Notes: generated by a model from the letters alone, not told the origin. A stretch of DNA of 64,000 bases from Steroidobacteraceae bacterium (GCA_035278165.1 DATEJG010000126.1:518-64517); one strand, 5' to 3'; positions 22,525 to 32,351 are shown, numbered from the stretch's first letter. Made by a program: numbers and translations.

Positions 22525-24690
22525 TCAGCGCTTGAAAATATCCTTCAGCTTGTCGCCCAGCTTGTCCTTGATCTTCTCCTCGACCTTCTTCTTCACTTCG
22601 CCCTTGAGCAGGTTCTCGACGTCCGGCCGCACCTTCGGATCGCTCAGCGAGCCGCTGACCTTCACCGGGATCTGCGCGTCGACCATATCCTCCATCTGCG
22701 TCGTATCGGCGCCCTCGCGCGGGATCTTCAGCACCGCCGCCACGAGCCGATAGTCGAGCGCGCTGCGCGGCAGATCCACGTTCCCCTGGCCGGTCACCTT
22801 CAGGTACTGCATGGCGACGTTCAGGTCGTTGTTGGTCAGCACGCCGTCTTTCATCGTGCCCGTGCCCGTCAGCGCGCTGAACGGGGTGCGCGGCGGTCCG
22901 GCCGCGCGCTCCGGAGCCGCCTGCCGCTTGAGCAGCGCGCGGGCGCGGCGGATTTCGTACCACAGGTCAGCGCCTTCGAGCGCACCGTCGGCCACGTTGA
23001 AGTCCACGGTGCCGTCGAGCGTCTTCATCAGGTCGTCGGTGTTGCGGCCGGCGCCCGCGAGCTTGATGTTCGCGCTGCCCTTGCCGGAGACGCGTGTGGT
23101 CTCGAACAGATCCTTGAACAGCGGCGCGAAGCTCACACCGCTGACGTGCTCGTCGAGCGTGACGCGCGCGACGCTGCCCGTCGCGTCGATGCCGATGTCG
23201 CCGCGATACTGGCCGCCGTACATCGCCGCTTCCGAGGGATAGAAGCGCACCTTGCCCTCGCGCGCGTTCACGCCGAGGCGCAACTTCGTGAACGTCATGC
23301 CGGCGAAGATCGCTTCGCCGACCGACAGCTGGCCGCGCGCATTGAGCTTGCGCAGCATGTCGACCGGGATCTCGGTCGGCGGCTGCTTCGCATCCTTGGC
23401 CGCCGGCTTGTCGCTCGAGGGCGGCAGATAGCGATCGGCGTTGATGCGATCGACGTTCAGGTCGAAGCGCAGCGCCTTCGACGCGAAGTCGGCCACGCCC
23501 AGCATGCCGCGCATCGTAGTGTCGTCGAGCTTCAGCACGATGTCGCCGACTTCGGCTGACGCCTTGGTGAGCTGCACATTGCCGCTGAAGCTCAGCTGCT
23601 CGAGCACCTTCGGGTCGGTGGTCTTGGGCGCGGCAATGCCGAGCTTCGGCAGCCACTCGCGCAGCGCCAGCGGATCGAGCTTGAGCGATCCCTTCAGGCT
23701 CGGCGCATCGAGAATCTCCGCTCCGGTGAGGCTGCCAGTGACGTGCGCCCCGGCGGCGTCGGCTTCCAGGCCGGCGAGCTCCAGCGTCTGCGAGGCGAGG
23801 TTGACGTTGCAGTCCTTGGCGTTGAGCGCCAGCGGCACCCCTGCAGCCGGCAGGCCGTCGCTCTTCCACGTGGTCTTCACGGCGAGGCTGTCCAGCCGGT
23901 ACAGCTCCTTGCCGATATCCGCTTCGAGCGACCTGGCCCGCACTTCCACCGGCACACCGTCCGCGGGATAGCCCTGGCCGGAAACCGTGACGTCGATCTT
24001 CGGCTCGGCGAGGCGGTGCACGTTGCGCTCGAGATCGGCGGTCACGGTGGCCGCGACCTTGACCTTCGCCGACAGCGAGCGATCCTGGTCGAGCACGAAA
24101 TCGGTGCTGAAGTCGAACGGCTCGCCCGAAGCGAGGCGGCCGGTCTTCAGGTTGAAGTCGCGCACCTCGCGGCGGCTCTTCGCCTGCCGGTTCTCGATGA
24201 CGACGGCGGCGTCGCTGATCTCGAGGCCGGCCACCGTCGGCACTTCGACGGCGCCGCTCTCGGCCTGCGGCTGGCTCTGCGCTGCCTCGTTCTTGCCGAG
24301 GTCGGCCCAGTTCTCGCGACCCTGCTCGTCGGTGATCAGGCGGATGCGCGCGCCGTCGAGCCGCACGTTGCCGACTTCGACCTTGCCCCGCAGCAGCGGC
24401 AGCAAGCGCACGCCGATGTGCGCCTCGCGCAGCGCGACGAACGGCTCCGGCCCGAACCCCGGCGCATCGCCCAGCGTCGCCGGCCCGCTCTCGAGCGCGA
24501 TCCAGGGAAAGACCGAGAGCTTGAGATCGCCGCTCAGCGTCAGCTCGCGCCCGGTCTTGTCCTTCACCAGCTTCTGGATGTCGTCGCGATAGTCGTTGGG
24601 ATCGACGAACAGCAGCACCAGCACCAGCGCGACGACGATGAGGCCAATCAATCCGGCTGCCGCGTAGGCAGCGATTCGCAACGCTCGCAT
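22525..24690 (-). CDS. asmA: AsmA family protein
   Basis: N-terminal TM, VDPNDYRDDI...TGRELTLSGDLKLSVFPW; C-terminal GGQYRG, GVLTNNDL, IPVKVSGSLSDPKVRPD; sits upstream of mutY. Confidence 0.85.
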   Translation of the reverse strand: MRALRIAAYAAAGLIGLIVVALVLVLLFVDPNDYRDDIQKLVKDKTGRELTLSGDLKLSVFPWIALESGPATLGDAPGFGPEPFVALREAHIGVRLLPLLRGKVEVGNVRLDGARIRLITDEQGRENWADLGKNEAAQSQPQAESGAVEVPTVAGLEISDAAVVIENRQAKSRREVRDFNLKTGRLASGEPFDFSTDFVLDQDRSLSAKVKVAATVTADLERNVHRLAEPKIDVTVSGQGYPADGVPVEVRARSLEADIGKELYRLDSLAVKTTWKSDGLPAAGVPLALNAKDCNVNLASQTLELAGLEADAAGAHVTGSLTGAEILDAPSLKGSLKLDPLALREWLPKLGIAAPKTTDPKVLEQLSFSGNVQLTKASAEVGDIVLKLDDTTMRGMLGVADFASKALRFDLNVDRINADRYLPPSSDKPAAKDAKQPPTEIPVDMLRKLNARGQLSVGEAIFAGMTFTKLRLGVNAREGKVRFYPSEAAMYGGQYRGDIGIDATGSVARVTLDEHVSGVSFAPLFKDLFETTRVSGKGSANIKLAGAGRNTDDLMKTLDGTVDFNVADGALEGADLWYEIRRARALLKRQAAPERAAGPPRTPFSALTGTGTMKDGVLTNNDLNVAMQYLKVTGQGNVDLPRSALDYRLVAAVLKIPREGADTTQMEDMVDAQIPVKVSGSLSDPKVRPDVENLLKGEVKKKVEEKIKDKLGDKLKDIFKR

Positions 24691-24705
24691 GGCTGTCCTC
24701 GGAAG

Positions 24706-25668
24706 CTAATCCAGCGGCCGCGTGCTGACGCAGTTCCTGCCGGCCGCCTTGCTGGCATAGACGCCTTCGTCGCAGCGGCCGACGAGCGCGTCGAAGGTCG
24801 CGCCTTGCGGCACCACGTCTTTCCAGCCGGCGACGCCGAAGCTCGCGGTGACGGCCAGCCCGCCCTGGACGCCGGGAAACGGCGTGGCGGCAATGTGCGC
24901 GCGCAGGTGCTCGGCTGCGACCGCCGCGTTGGTCACGTTGGTCTCCACCAGGACGATCATGAACTCCTCGCCGCCATAGCGCGCGACCCAGTCGCTGGCG
25001 CGCACCCCGGTCTGCAGCTGCGCGACGAACCACTTCAGCACGTCGTCGCCGACCAGGTGGCCCTGCGTGTCGTTGATGCGCTTGAAGTGATCGACGTCGC
25101 ACATGATCGTCGCGAGCTGCCGCCCGTAGCGCGCGGCGCGCTCGATCTCCCGCGGCAGCTGTTCCGTGAGATAGCGGCGGTTGTACGCGCCGCTCAAGGG
25201 ATCGGTGATCGACAACCGCCGGTTCTCTTCGTTGGCAGCGCGCAGCGAGCGCTCCAGCGTCACGATGCGCCGCCCGGTGTTGAGCCGCGCCATCAGCTCC
25301 GGCTCGATCACGGGCTTGGTGAGATAGTCGTCGGCGCCGGACTGCAGCCCCGTCACCAGGTGCTCGATGGCGTCGCGAGCGGTCAGCAGGATCGTGTAGA
25401 TGTAAGCCTTGCCAGGTGTCGAGCGCAGCTCCCGGCACAGCGCGATGCCGTCCATCTCCGGCATCTCCCAGTCGGTGATCATCAGCTGGAAGTCGCCGGC
25501 GGCGATTTTGGCGAGCGCCTCGCGGCCGTTGCCCGCCACTTCGACGCTGTAGCCGGCGCGCTTGAGGAGCCGGGCCATGATGAGCCGCTGCGTGGGCTCA
25601 TCGTCAACGAGCAGGATGCGCCAGGCCTCCTGCGACGTCGCGCTCGGTGAAGCTGCGGGCTCGCTCAT
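24706..25668 (-). CDS. REC-GGDEF diguanylate cyclase
   Basis: LLVDDEP, ITDWEMPEMDG; DVDHFKRINDTQGHLVGD; RASD I-site (RxxD) followed by GGEEF. Confidence 0.92.
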   Translation of the reverse strand: MSEPAASPSATSQEAWRILLVDDEPTQRLIMARLLKRAGYSVEVAGNGREALAKIAAGDFQLMITDWEMPEMDGIALCRELRSTPGKAYIYTILLTARDAIEHLVTGLQSGADDYLTKPVIEPELMARLNTGRRIVTLERSLRAANEENRRLSITDPLSGAYNRRYLTEQLPREIERAARYGRQLATIMCDVDHFKRINDTQGHLVGDDVLKWFVAQLQTGVRASDWVARYGGEEFMIVLVETNVTNAAVAAEHLRAHIAATPFPGVQGGLAVTASFGVAGWKDVVPQGATFDALVGRCDEGVYASKAAGRNCVSTRPLD

Positions 25669-25715
25669 GTGCCATGGATCGTACCCGCAGGGCCGCAGGT
25701 CGCCAATAGCGGCGC

Positions 25716-26600
25716 TCAGCGGTTGCAGATCTCCACGGTGCCGTTCAGGGCCTTGATCCGGATACGGCCGTCGCCGTTGCCTTCCTTGAAGCGCAGCTCG
25801 TTGCCGGGCCCGTATTCGCGCGAGCGGCGCGGCTGCGGCCCGAAGCAGTTCTCGATGTCGCCGTTGAAGGTCTCGATGTCGAACTCGGCGTCCAGCGTGC
25901 GCGGGAAGCGGAAGCGCAGGTCGCCGTTGATGCCCTCGGCGTCGATGCGCGCGTCGCGGGTCAGCGCCGCCATGCGCATGTCCAGATTGCCGTTGGTGGT
26001 CTTGATGCGCGCCCTCGACAGCTCCTTGACGCGCACCTCCATGTCGCCGGTGACGGTGTTGAGGTCCATCTCCGAGCCGATGTCCTGCAGGCGCGCGTCG
26101 CCGCTGACGGTCGTGAGGCGCACCACGCCCTTGCCGTTGCTGCCGCGGATCGACACGTCGCCGCTGACGCTCTTGATCTCGACATCCTCGTTGTAGAGCT
26201 CCGTCTGGATCATGCCGCTCACTGCCTGCAGGCGCTGCATGCCGCGCACGTCCTTGACGATCTGGTCGGCGCTCACGGTGTTGATCGACAACGAGCTGCC
26301 GCGCGGCACGTTCACCACCAGGTCGCTCGAGGCTTCGTAGCTGCCCCGACCCTTCGGCAGCACCACCTTGATGGTGGTCCGCGCGCCGCTGCTTTCGAAA
26401 TCCAGCCGCTCGACGCTCGAGGAGAGGTCGGCGCGCACCTGCACCTCGTTGCGGTCCCAGCCGTTCACCTGCACCTCGCCGGCGACGTTGCCGATGACGA
26501 CCTCACCGCGCGGGTCGGCGTTTGCCTTGCGCACGACTTCGTCCGCGCCAGCCGCTTGCGCCAGGGTCAGCGCGACGGCCACCAGAACAGCCACTCTCAT
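25716..26600 (-). CDS. Exported DUF4097-like beta-strand repeat protein
   Basis: Signal peptide; repeated (T/S)VSGD, TTNGN, TFNGD units; GWDRNEVQV; ATGA overlap with the upstream gene. Confidence 0.82.
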   Translation of the reverse strand: MRVAVLVAVALTLAQAAGADEVVRKANADPRGEVVIGNVAGEVQVNGWDRNEVQVRADLSSSVERLDFESSGARTTIKVVLPKGRGSYEASSDLVVNVPRGSSLSINTVSADQIVKDVRGMQRLQAVSGMIQTELYNEDVEIKSVSGDVSIRGSNGKGVVRLTTVSGDARLQDIGSEMDLNTVTGDMEVRVKELSRARIKTTNGNLDMRMAALTRDARIDAEGINGDLRFRFPRTLDAEFDIETFNGDIENCFGPQPRRSREYGPGNELRFKEGNGDGRIRIKALNGTVEICNR

Positions 26601-27190
26601 AGATCGGTCCTCATCGAGCCTGCGGTCGGCAGCTCGCTCACGTTGGCGAGCAACTGCAGCTCGCTCTGATAGGTGCTCATCAACAGATCCTGCAGCAGCG
26701 GATCCGACGGATGCTCGGCCAGCGTCTTGGAGATGTCGTCCGCGGCACGGCGCAGGTCGGCGAGATCGGCCTCGACCTTGGCGCGCGCGGCGGGCGGCAG
26801 CCCGGCGAGGCGTTGCTGGAAGCTCTTGTCGAGCTCGGCGCGCGCGTTCATGTAGCCGGCGCCGAGCCGCTCCGATCCGAAGCTGAAGCTCGCGGGCTGC
26901 GCGACAGCTACCGGCGCCGGCAGGGTTTGCGGTGCGGTGGTCTGCGCGACCTGCTGTTGCATCGACTGACGCGTAACGTAGTAAGTAACGAGCGAGGTGC
27001 CGACCACGAGCAGCACGGTGGCCGCGAGACGAAACCATGTCGCCTGCATGCGGCTGCGCGGCTCCTCCGCGACGATCGGCGTCGTGGCGATCTCGGCGCG
27101 GATCTGCGGCCAGAGGTCGCGCTCCGGCGCCACGTCCTTGGCGAGCGAGGCCAGCGCCTCGTCCAGCGGGTCGTGCTTTCGCTCACTCAT
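26597..27190 (-). CDS. Putative membrane-anchored anti-sigma factor
   Basis: APERDLWPQI, one TM (RLAATVLLVVG), C-terminal ALxxxP.DP.L..LL..TYQ helical domain; directly downstream of the ECF sigma. Confidence 0.7.
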   Translation of the reverse strand: MSERKHDPLDEALASLAKDVAPERDLWPQIRAEIATTPIVAEEPRSRMQATWFRLAATVLLVVGTSLVTYYVTRQSMQQQVAQTTAPQTLPAPVAVAQPASFSFGSERLGAGYMNARAELDKSFQQRLAGLPPAARAKVEADLADLRRAADDISKTLAEHPSDPLLQDLLMSTYQSELQLLANVSELPTAGSMRTDL

Positions 27191-27782
27191 CTGACATCTC
27201 CGGCAAACCCATGCGCTCGCGCAGCAGGCGGCGGCCGCGGTGCAACTGGGCCTTGCACGTGCCGACTGCGATGCCGAGCATCTCGGCAACTTCTTCGTGG
27301 CTGTAGCCGTACACGGTCTGCAGCACCACGACATGGCGGGAGCCGGGCGGCAGCGTCTCGAGCGCGCGCTCCACGTCCATCACTTCGCCTGCGTCGTATT
27401 CACGGTTCGTCTCGCCGGGAACGGCCTGCGCGTCCTCGACGGCCTCGCCGTCGGATTCCGCACGCGTCCCATGATTGCGCTCGTGCGTCAGCACTTCGTT
27501 GACGGCGATGCGATGCAGCCACGTGCCGAAAGCGCTGCGCCCCTCGAAGGCCGCGAGACTCCGCCAGGCACGTATGAAAGTCTGTTGCACGCAATCCTCC
27601 GCCACATCGCGCCTGCGGGTCATGCGCAGGCACAGGCCCATGACCTTGCCGCTATGAAGGCGGTACAGGCGCTCGAACGCCTTCATGTCGCCCTTGCGGG
27701 CCGCAGCCACCAACGCGCCGTCCGAAAGCGGCGAGCGATCAGCAGTCAGTGCCGAACTATGGGTTCCGGCGCCGGTCGTCAA
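27183..27782 (-). CDS. ECF sigma-70 factor
   Basis: GDMKAFERLY, AEDCVQQTFIRAW, FGTWLHRIAVN, YSHEEVAEMLGIAVGTCKAQLHRGR; start codon uncertain. Confidence 0.9.
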   Translation of the reverse strand: MTTGAGTHSSALTADRSPLSDGALVAAARKGDMKAFERLYRLHSGKVMGLCLRMTRRRDVAEDCVQQTFIRAWRSLAAFEGRSAFGTWLHRIAVNEVLTHERNHGTRAESDGEAVEDAQAVPGETNREYDAGEVMDVERALETLPPGSRHVVVLQTVYGYSHEEVAEMLGIAVGTCKAQLHRGRRLLRERMGLPEMSDE

Positions 27783-27815
27783 AGTCGCCTCTCTCTCCTG
27801 TCGCGTTTGTCTTTT

Positions 27816-27843
27816 GGATGCAGTCCAGGGAGGGCAGGTTTAA
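27816..27843 (-). promoter_or_regulatory. Candidate ECF autoregulatory promoter (TAAACC...GCATCC on minus strand)
   Basis: AAAC-N16-GCATC arrangement about 35-60 bp upstream of the ECF gene; by-eye match only. Confidence 0.3.
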
Positions 27844-27880
27844 GGCAGAAAGGGGCGGGTTGTCACGGAAATGGGGACAA

Positions 27881-27972
27881 GTGACACGGGTGACGGAGGT
27901 GACACAAGTGACAAAGGCCAGAAGCACTCCGGACCTGTGTCACCTATGTCACTTGTGTCACCTGTGTCACTG
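27881..27972. repeat. Inverted array of 9-bp units: 4x GTGACNNNN, 20-bp spacer, 4x NTGTCACNN
   Basis: Left units at 27881/27890/27899/27908, right units at 27937/27946/27955/27964; strict 9-bp period. Confidence 0.85.
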
Positions 27973-29142
27973 GCCTTGTTTCCCATTCCACTCCCGCACC
28001 GCACCCTCCAGCGCCTCCCCAGGCATCGGGCGGCCGATGAAGTAGCCCTGGGCGCGGTCGCACTCGACCGAGTCGAGGAAGTCGAGAACTTCCTGCGATT
28101 CGACGCCCTCGGCGCAGGCAGTCAGACGCAGCTTGTGCGCCAGCAGCACCATCGTATCCACCATCGTGCGCGCGTCCTCGTGCGCCAGGACGTCACGCAC
28201 GAACGAGGTGTCGATCTTCAGCTCGCTGAACGGCATCAGGTACAGCTGCTTGAGCGAGGAGTAGCCGGTGCCGAAGTCGTCGATCGACAGGCCGAAGTTC
28301 TTGACGCGCATGCGGGTGAGCACGTCCATGGTCGTGCCCGGGTCGAACATCGCGGCGCTCTCGGTGACCTCGAAGATGAGGCGGCGCGCGTCGGCGCCGA
28401 CCTGCGCAGCCATGCGCGCGACCTGGTCCGGGAACGACAGGTCGTTCAGGAGCTGCGGCGACAGGTTGATCGCGACCGAGAGCTCCAGCCCCGCCGCATC
28501 CCACTTGCGACATTGCGACAGCGACGTCTCGAGCACCTGCTCGGTGAGGCGGCGGATCAGCCCGTTCTTCTCGGCGAGCGGAATGAAGCGGGCCGGCGAG
28601 ATGAAGCCCAGCGAAGGATGATGCCAGCGCGCCAGCGCTTCCACGCCTTCGACGATCCAGCGCTTTGCGGCGACGCGCGTCGCCTTCGGCTGGTAGTGGA
28701 CCTTGATTTCCTGCGCATCGAGCGCCGCCGCGAGCACGGCGGGATTGATCGGCGAATCGGCGCGCAGGCACTGGCGCAGCGTGACCTCGAGATCCGCGAG
28801 CAGGATCGGCTTCTGCAGCGCGCCGATCATCTGCAGGCCCTGCGCCTTGCCGATCTGCTGCGCCGTGGCCAGCACGCGCTGATCCATGCCGCTCGCGACC
28901 AGCACCTGCGCCTTGCTGCCGCGCTCGCCGAGATAGCGCAGCAGCTCGATGCCGTCCGCGCCGGGCATCTGCAGGTCCAGCACCACGACGGTCGGCTGGA
29001 AATCCTGCACCGCGCGCCGGAACTGGTCGGGCTCCGTGACGGCCAGCGACTCGAAGCCGAGGCCGGTGGCGGCCTCGGAGATGAATTCGCACAGGTCCGG
29101 CTGATCGTCGATCACCAGCAGCTTGTTCGCCGGCTCAGGCAA
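27967..29142 (-). CDS. REC-EAL c-di-GMP phosphodiesterase
   Basis: VLDLQMPGADG; VEALARW, AINLSP, FEVTE, IDDFGTGYSS, ELKID, AEGVE, QGY; TTG start. Confidence 0.9.
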   Translation of the reverse strand: MPEPANKLLVIDDQPDLCEFISEAATGLGFESLAVTEPDQFRRAVQDFQPTVVVLDLQMPGADGIELLRYLGERGSKAQVLVASGMDQRVLATAQQIGKAQGLQMIGALQKPILLADLEVTLRQCLRADSPINPAVLAAALDAQEIKVHYQPKATRVAAKRWIVEGVEALARWHHPSLGFISPARFIPLAEKNGLIRRLTEQVLETSLSQCRKWDAAGLELSVAINLSPQLLNDLSFPDQVARMAAQVGADARRLIFEVTESAAMFDPGTTMDVLTRMRVKNFGLSIDDFGTGYSSLKQLYLMPFSELKIDTSFVRDVLAHEDARTMVDTMVLLAHKLRLTACAEGVESQEVLDFLDSVECDRAQGYFIGRPMPGEALEGAVREWNGKQGQ

Positions 29143-31549
29143 CGCGCGCCTCCCGATCCAGCACCAGACGGATGCGCGTCGCCAGATCCTCGTTCCGATA
29201 AGGCTTGGTGATCACTTCCGCGCTCGTGAGTCCGGCGGTGCCGGCGAGCGTGCTGGCGTCGGCGTACCCGGTCGTGAACAGCACTTCGATCTCCGGCCGC
29301 AGCTCGCGCGCGCGAGTCGCGAGCGCCGGGCCGAGCATGCCGCCGGGCATCATGATGTCTGTGAACAGCAGGTCGATGCGCTCCGTGCCGGAAAGAATGC
29401 GCAGCGCGGCGTTGCCGTTCGGCGCCGACAGCGCGCGATAGCCGAGTTGCGAGAGCGCGGTGACCACCGTCTCGCGCAGATCCGCGTCGTCCTCGACGAC
29501 CAGGATCGTCTCGTTGCCGCCCGGTGACAGCTTGGTGGTGACGATCGTGTCCTCGCGCACCGTCTGCTCTTCCAGGCAGCGCGGCAGCAGGATCGTCACG
29601 GTCGTGCCTTCGCCGACCGTGCTCTCGATCGTGGCCACGCCGCCGGCCTGCTCCGCGAAGCTGTCGACCATCGCGAGACCGAGGCCGCTGCCGCGCCCCG
29701 ATTCCTTGGTCGTGAAGAACGGCTCGAACACGCGCTTGAGCACGTCGGGCTCGATGCCGACGCCGGTGTCGCTGACGCTGATCGACACGAACTCGCCCGG
29801 CTCGATCTCCGGGTGCTCGCTGCAGAAGATCGAATCGAGGTAGACGTTGCGGGTGCGCACCGTCAGGCGGCCGCCCTCCGGCATCGCATCGCGCGCGTTG
29901 ATCGCGAGATTGAGGATCGCGTTCTCGAACTGGCCGGCGTCGACGCGCGTGTGCCACATGTCGTGCGCCTGCACCATGTGCACCTCGACCGACTCGCCGA
30001 GCGTGCGCTGCATGAGCTCGGTCAGGCCCGACAGCTGCCGGTTCAGGTCGAGCACGACCGGATCGAGAATCTGCCGGCGCGCGAATGCCAGCAAGCGACG
30101 CGTCAGGTCCGCGCCGCGCACGGCCGCGCGCATCGCCGTGTGAACCTTGCGGGCCAGGGTCGGCGTCTCGGAGACGCTGCGCTCGAGCAGCTGCAGGTTG
30201 CCGATCACGACGCCGAGCAGGTTGTTGAAGTCGTGCGCGATGCCGCCCGTGAGCTGGCCGATCGCTTCCATCTTCTGCGCCTGCAGCAGGCGCGCCTCGA
30301 GGCGCCGCTGCTCGGTGAGATCGTAGATGATCGAGAAGAAGCCGAGCACGTTGCCGTTGCCGTCGACCTGCGGCACGTAATGATTCTGCCACTCGCGCAT
30401 GATGCCGTGACGCATGCCGGTGTGGCGCGAATGCACGCGCTCGCCTTCCAGCACCTTGTCGACGTACGGCATCACCGTCGAGAACATGTCCGTCGGCAGC
30501 AGCTCGCGCAGGCTCTTGCCGAGCAGGTCGGAGCTCGGCCGCCCGACCCACTCCTCGAACGCGCGATTCACGTAGCTCATCGCCAGGTCGCGATTGAAAT
30601 AGTTGATCGGCGTCGGCACCGCGTTCAGCGTCAGCTCGAAGAAGTCGCGCGTCTCGCGCAGCTGGCGCTCGGCGACCACGCGATCGGTGACGTCCTGCAG
30701 CGTGCCGTGCAGGCGCACGATCTTGCCGTTGCGGCGCTCCGCTTTGATGATCATGCGCACCCACAGCTGGCGGCCGCGCGCGCTGGTCAGGCGCAGATGC
30801 AGGTCGCTGCTGGCGCCGCTGTCGATCGCCTGCTGCGAGGCCTCGATCAGCTTCTTGCGATCCTCCGGCTGGAACATCTCGCGGCTCGCTTCGAGCTCGA
30901 TCGGCTGCCCGAACGGCAGGTCGTGGATCGCGTACAGCGCTTCGGTCCAGTGCACCTTGCGCGTCTCGACGTCGTATTCCCAGCCGCCGATGCGCGCCGT
31001 GGTCTGCATGTCCTTCAGCAGGTTGTCGAGCCGCACGCGCTCGCCGACGTCGTGGAACACGAGCACGGTGCCGACCGTCGCGCCGTTCTCGGTGACCGGC
31101 ACGATGCGGTATTCGACCGGGCGGAACTGGCCGTTCTTCCGACGCAGCAGCGCGCCGACGCCGCGCATGATGTCGGTGGTGTAGCGCACGCGGCGCACGG
31201 GGTCGGTGCGGTTCTCGTCGTCCGACTGCGTGTTGATCAGGACGCGGTAGTCGAGCCCCGGCAGCTCTTCGATGTCGTAGCCGAGCAGCTTCGCCGCAGC
31301 AGGATTCGCATAACGGACCTGGCCGACGTTGTCGAGCTCGAGCACGCCTTCGCCCGCGCCTTCGACGATCGCCTGGTTGCGGCGATTGCTGGCAACAGCG
31401 CCGCTCGCGCGCGCCGGTGTTCCTTTACTCTGGCGGGCGCGCGCCAGCAGCCATACGAGCGGAACGCCTGCGAGCAACAGGCCGGCGACGAGACCTGCGA
31501 TCCCGGGAGCGGTGAGCAGGCCCTGCAGCCCCCCCGTTATTGCGTCCAT
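29135..31549 (-). CDS. Hybrid PAS sensor histidine kinase (TM, 3 PAS, HisKA, HATPase, REC)
   Basis: LTGGIAHDFNNLL, NLAINARDAM, PFFTTK..GSGLGL, LLFTDIMMPG. Confidence 0.92.
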   Translation of the reverse strand: MDAITGGLQGLLTAPGIAGLVAGLLLAGVPLVWLLARARQSKGTPARASGAVASNRRNQAIVEGAGEGVLELDNVGQVRYANPAAAKLLGYDIEELPGLDYRVLINTQSDDENRTDPVRRVRYTTDIMRGVGALLRRKNGQFRPVEYRIVPVTENGATVGTVLVFHDVGERVRLDNLLKDMQTTARIGGWEYDVETRKVHWTEALYAIHDLPFGQPIELEASREMFQPEDRKKLIEASQQAIDSGASSDLHLRLTSARGRQLWVRMIIKAERRNGKIVRLHGTLQDVTDRVVAERQLRETRDFFELTLNAVPTPINYFNRDLAMSYVNRAFEEWVGRPSSDLLGKSLRELLPTDMFSTVMPYVDKVLEGERVHSRHTGMRHGIMREWQNHYVPQVDGNGNVLGFFSIIYDLTEQRRLEARLLQAQKMEAIGQLTGGIAHDFNNLLGVVIGNLQLLERSVSETPTLARKVHTAMRAAVRGADLTRRLLAFARRQILDPVVLDLNRQLSGLTELMQRTLGESVEVHMVQAHDMWHTRVDAGQFENAILNLAINARDAMPEGGRLTVRTRNVYLDSIFCSEHPEIEPGEFVSISVSDTGVGIEPDVLKRVFEPFFTTKESGRGSGLGLAMVDSFAEQAGGVATIESTVGEGTTVTILLPRCLEEQTVREDTIVTTKLSPGGNETILVVEDDADLRETVVTALSQLGYRALSAPNGNAALRILSGTERIDLLFTDIMMPGGMLGPALATRARELRPEIEVLFTTGYADASTLAGTAGLTSAEVITKPYRNEDLATRIRLVLDREARVA

Positions 31550-31571
31550 CCGCGCCGCCGTATCCTTGCCA

Positions 31572-32300
31572 TCAAGGTTTCTGTCCGGGCTCCCGGCCCG
31601 CGTACCAGTTCACCGCGTACTGCATCAGCTGCGCCGACGTGCGCAGCGACAACTTGCGCTTGATGCGCTGGCGATGCGACTCGACCGTCTTGACGCTGAG
31701 GTTGAGCGCCTCGGCAGTCTGCCGCGTCGACAGGCCCTTGCCGATCATGTGCAGCACCTGCAGCTCGCGGTTCGTCAGGCTGTCGACCGGGTTCGAGGAG
31801 ATGTACGCGCCGCCGGACGCGAACTTCTCGATCATGCTGTTGCCGACCGCCTCGGACACGTAGATGCCGCCGTCGAGCACGCGGCGCAGCGCGATCAGGA
31901 ACTGATCCGACGCAGCCTGTTTCATGATGTAGCCGTTCGCGCCGGCCGACAGCATGCGCTCCGCGTAGATCGCTTCGTCGTGCATGGACAGCACGAGCAG
32001 CGGCAGCGAGGGGTAATGCGCGCGCGCGTCCTTCACCAGCTCCAGGCCGTCGCCCTGCTTGAGCGACACGTCGACGATGACCGCATCGGGCTCGAGCTCG
32101 CGGATCAGCGACTTCGCTTCGCGCGCGGTCTCGGCCTCGCCGCACACCTCGAGATCGGCTTCCGCCTCGATCAGGCGGCGCAGACCCTGCCGCACGATCG
32201 GATGATCGTCGACGATCAGCACGCGCCGCTTGCGGTCCTTGGAGACGCCGCTGCTGCCGGTGCGGTGCCCAGTCTTGAACAGAGAGGGGCCAACGGTCAT
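31572..32300 (-). CDS. NarL/LuxR family response regulator
   Basis: VLIVDDHPIVRQG, VLSMHDE, LTNRELQVLHMIGKG, LSVKTVESHR. Confidence 0.92.
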   Translation of the reverse strand: MTVGPSLFKTGHRTGSSGVSKDRKRRVLIVDDHPIVRQGLRRLIEAEADLEVCGEAETAREAKSLIRELEPDAVIVDVSLKQGDGLELVKDARAHYPSLPLLVLSMHDEAIYAERMLSAGANGYIMKQAASDQFLIALRRVLDGGIYVSEAVGNSMIEKFASGGAYISSNPVDSLTNRELQVLHMIGKGLSTRQTAEALNLSVKTVESHRQRIKRKLSLRTSAQLMQYAVNWYAGREPGQKP

Positions 32301-32351
32301 TGCATCACTCCTCGCAATTGGATTCCTTGTTGTACGAGCGGATCGCTCCGG

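Noticed and set aside
27881-27972. Possible CRISPR array
   Set aside because: Units are 9 bp, contiguous and have no spacers; there are no cas genes in the window.
27749-28045. ORF encoding CHLCHLCHLCHW, which looks like a metal-binding peptide
   Set aside because: It is a translation by-product of the 9-bp array. It overlaps real genes on the opposite strand and has no clear RBS.
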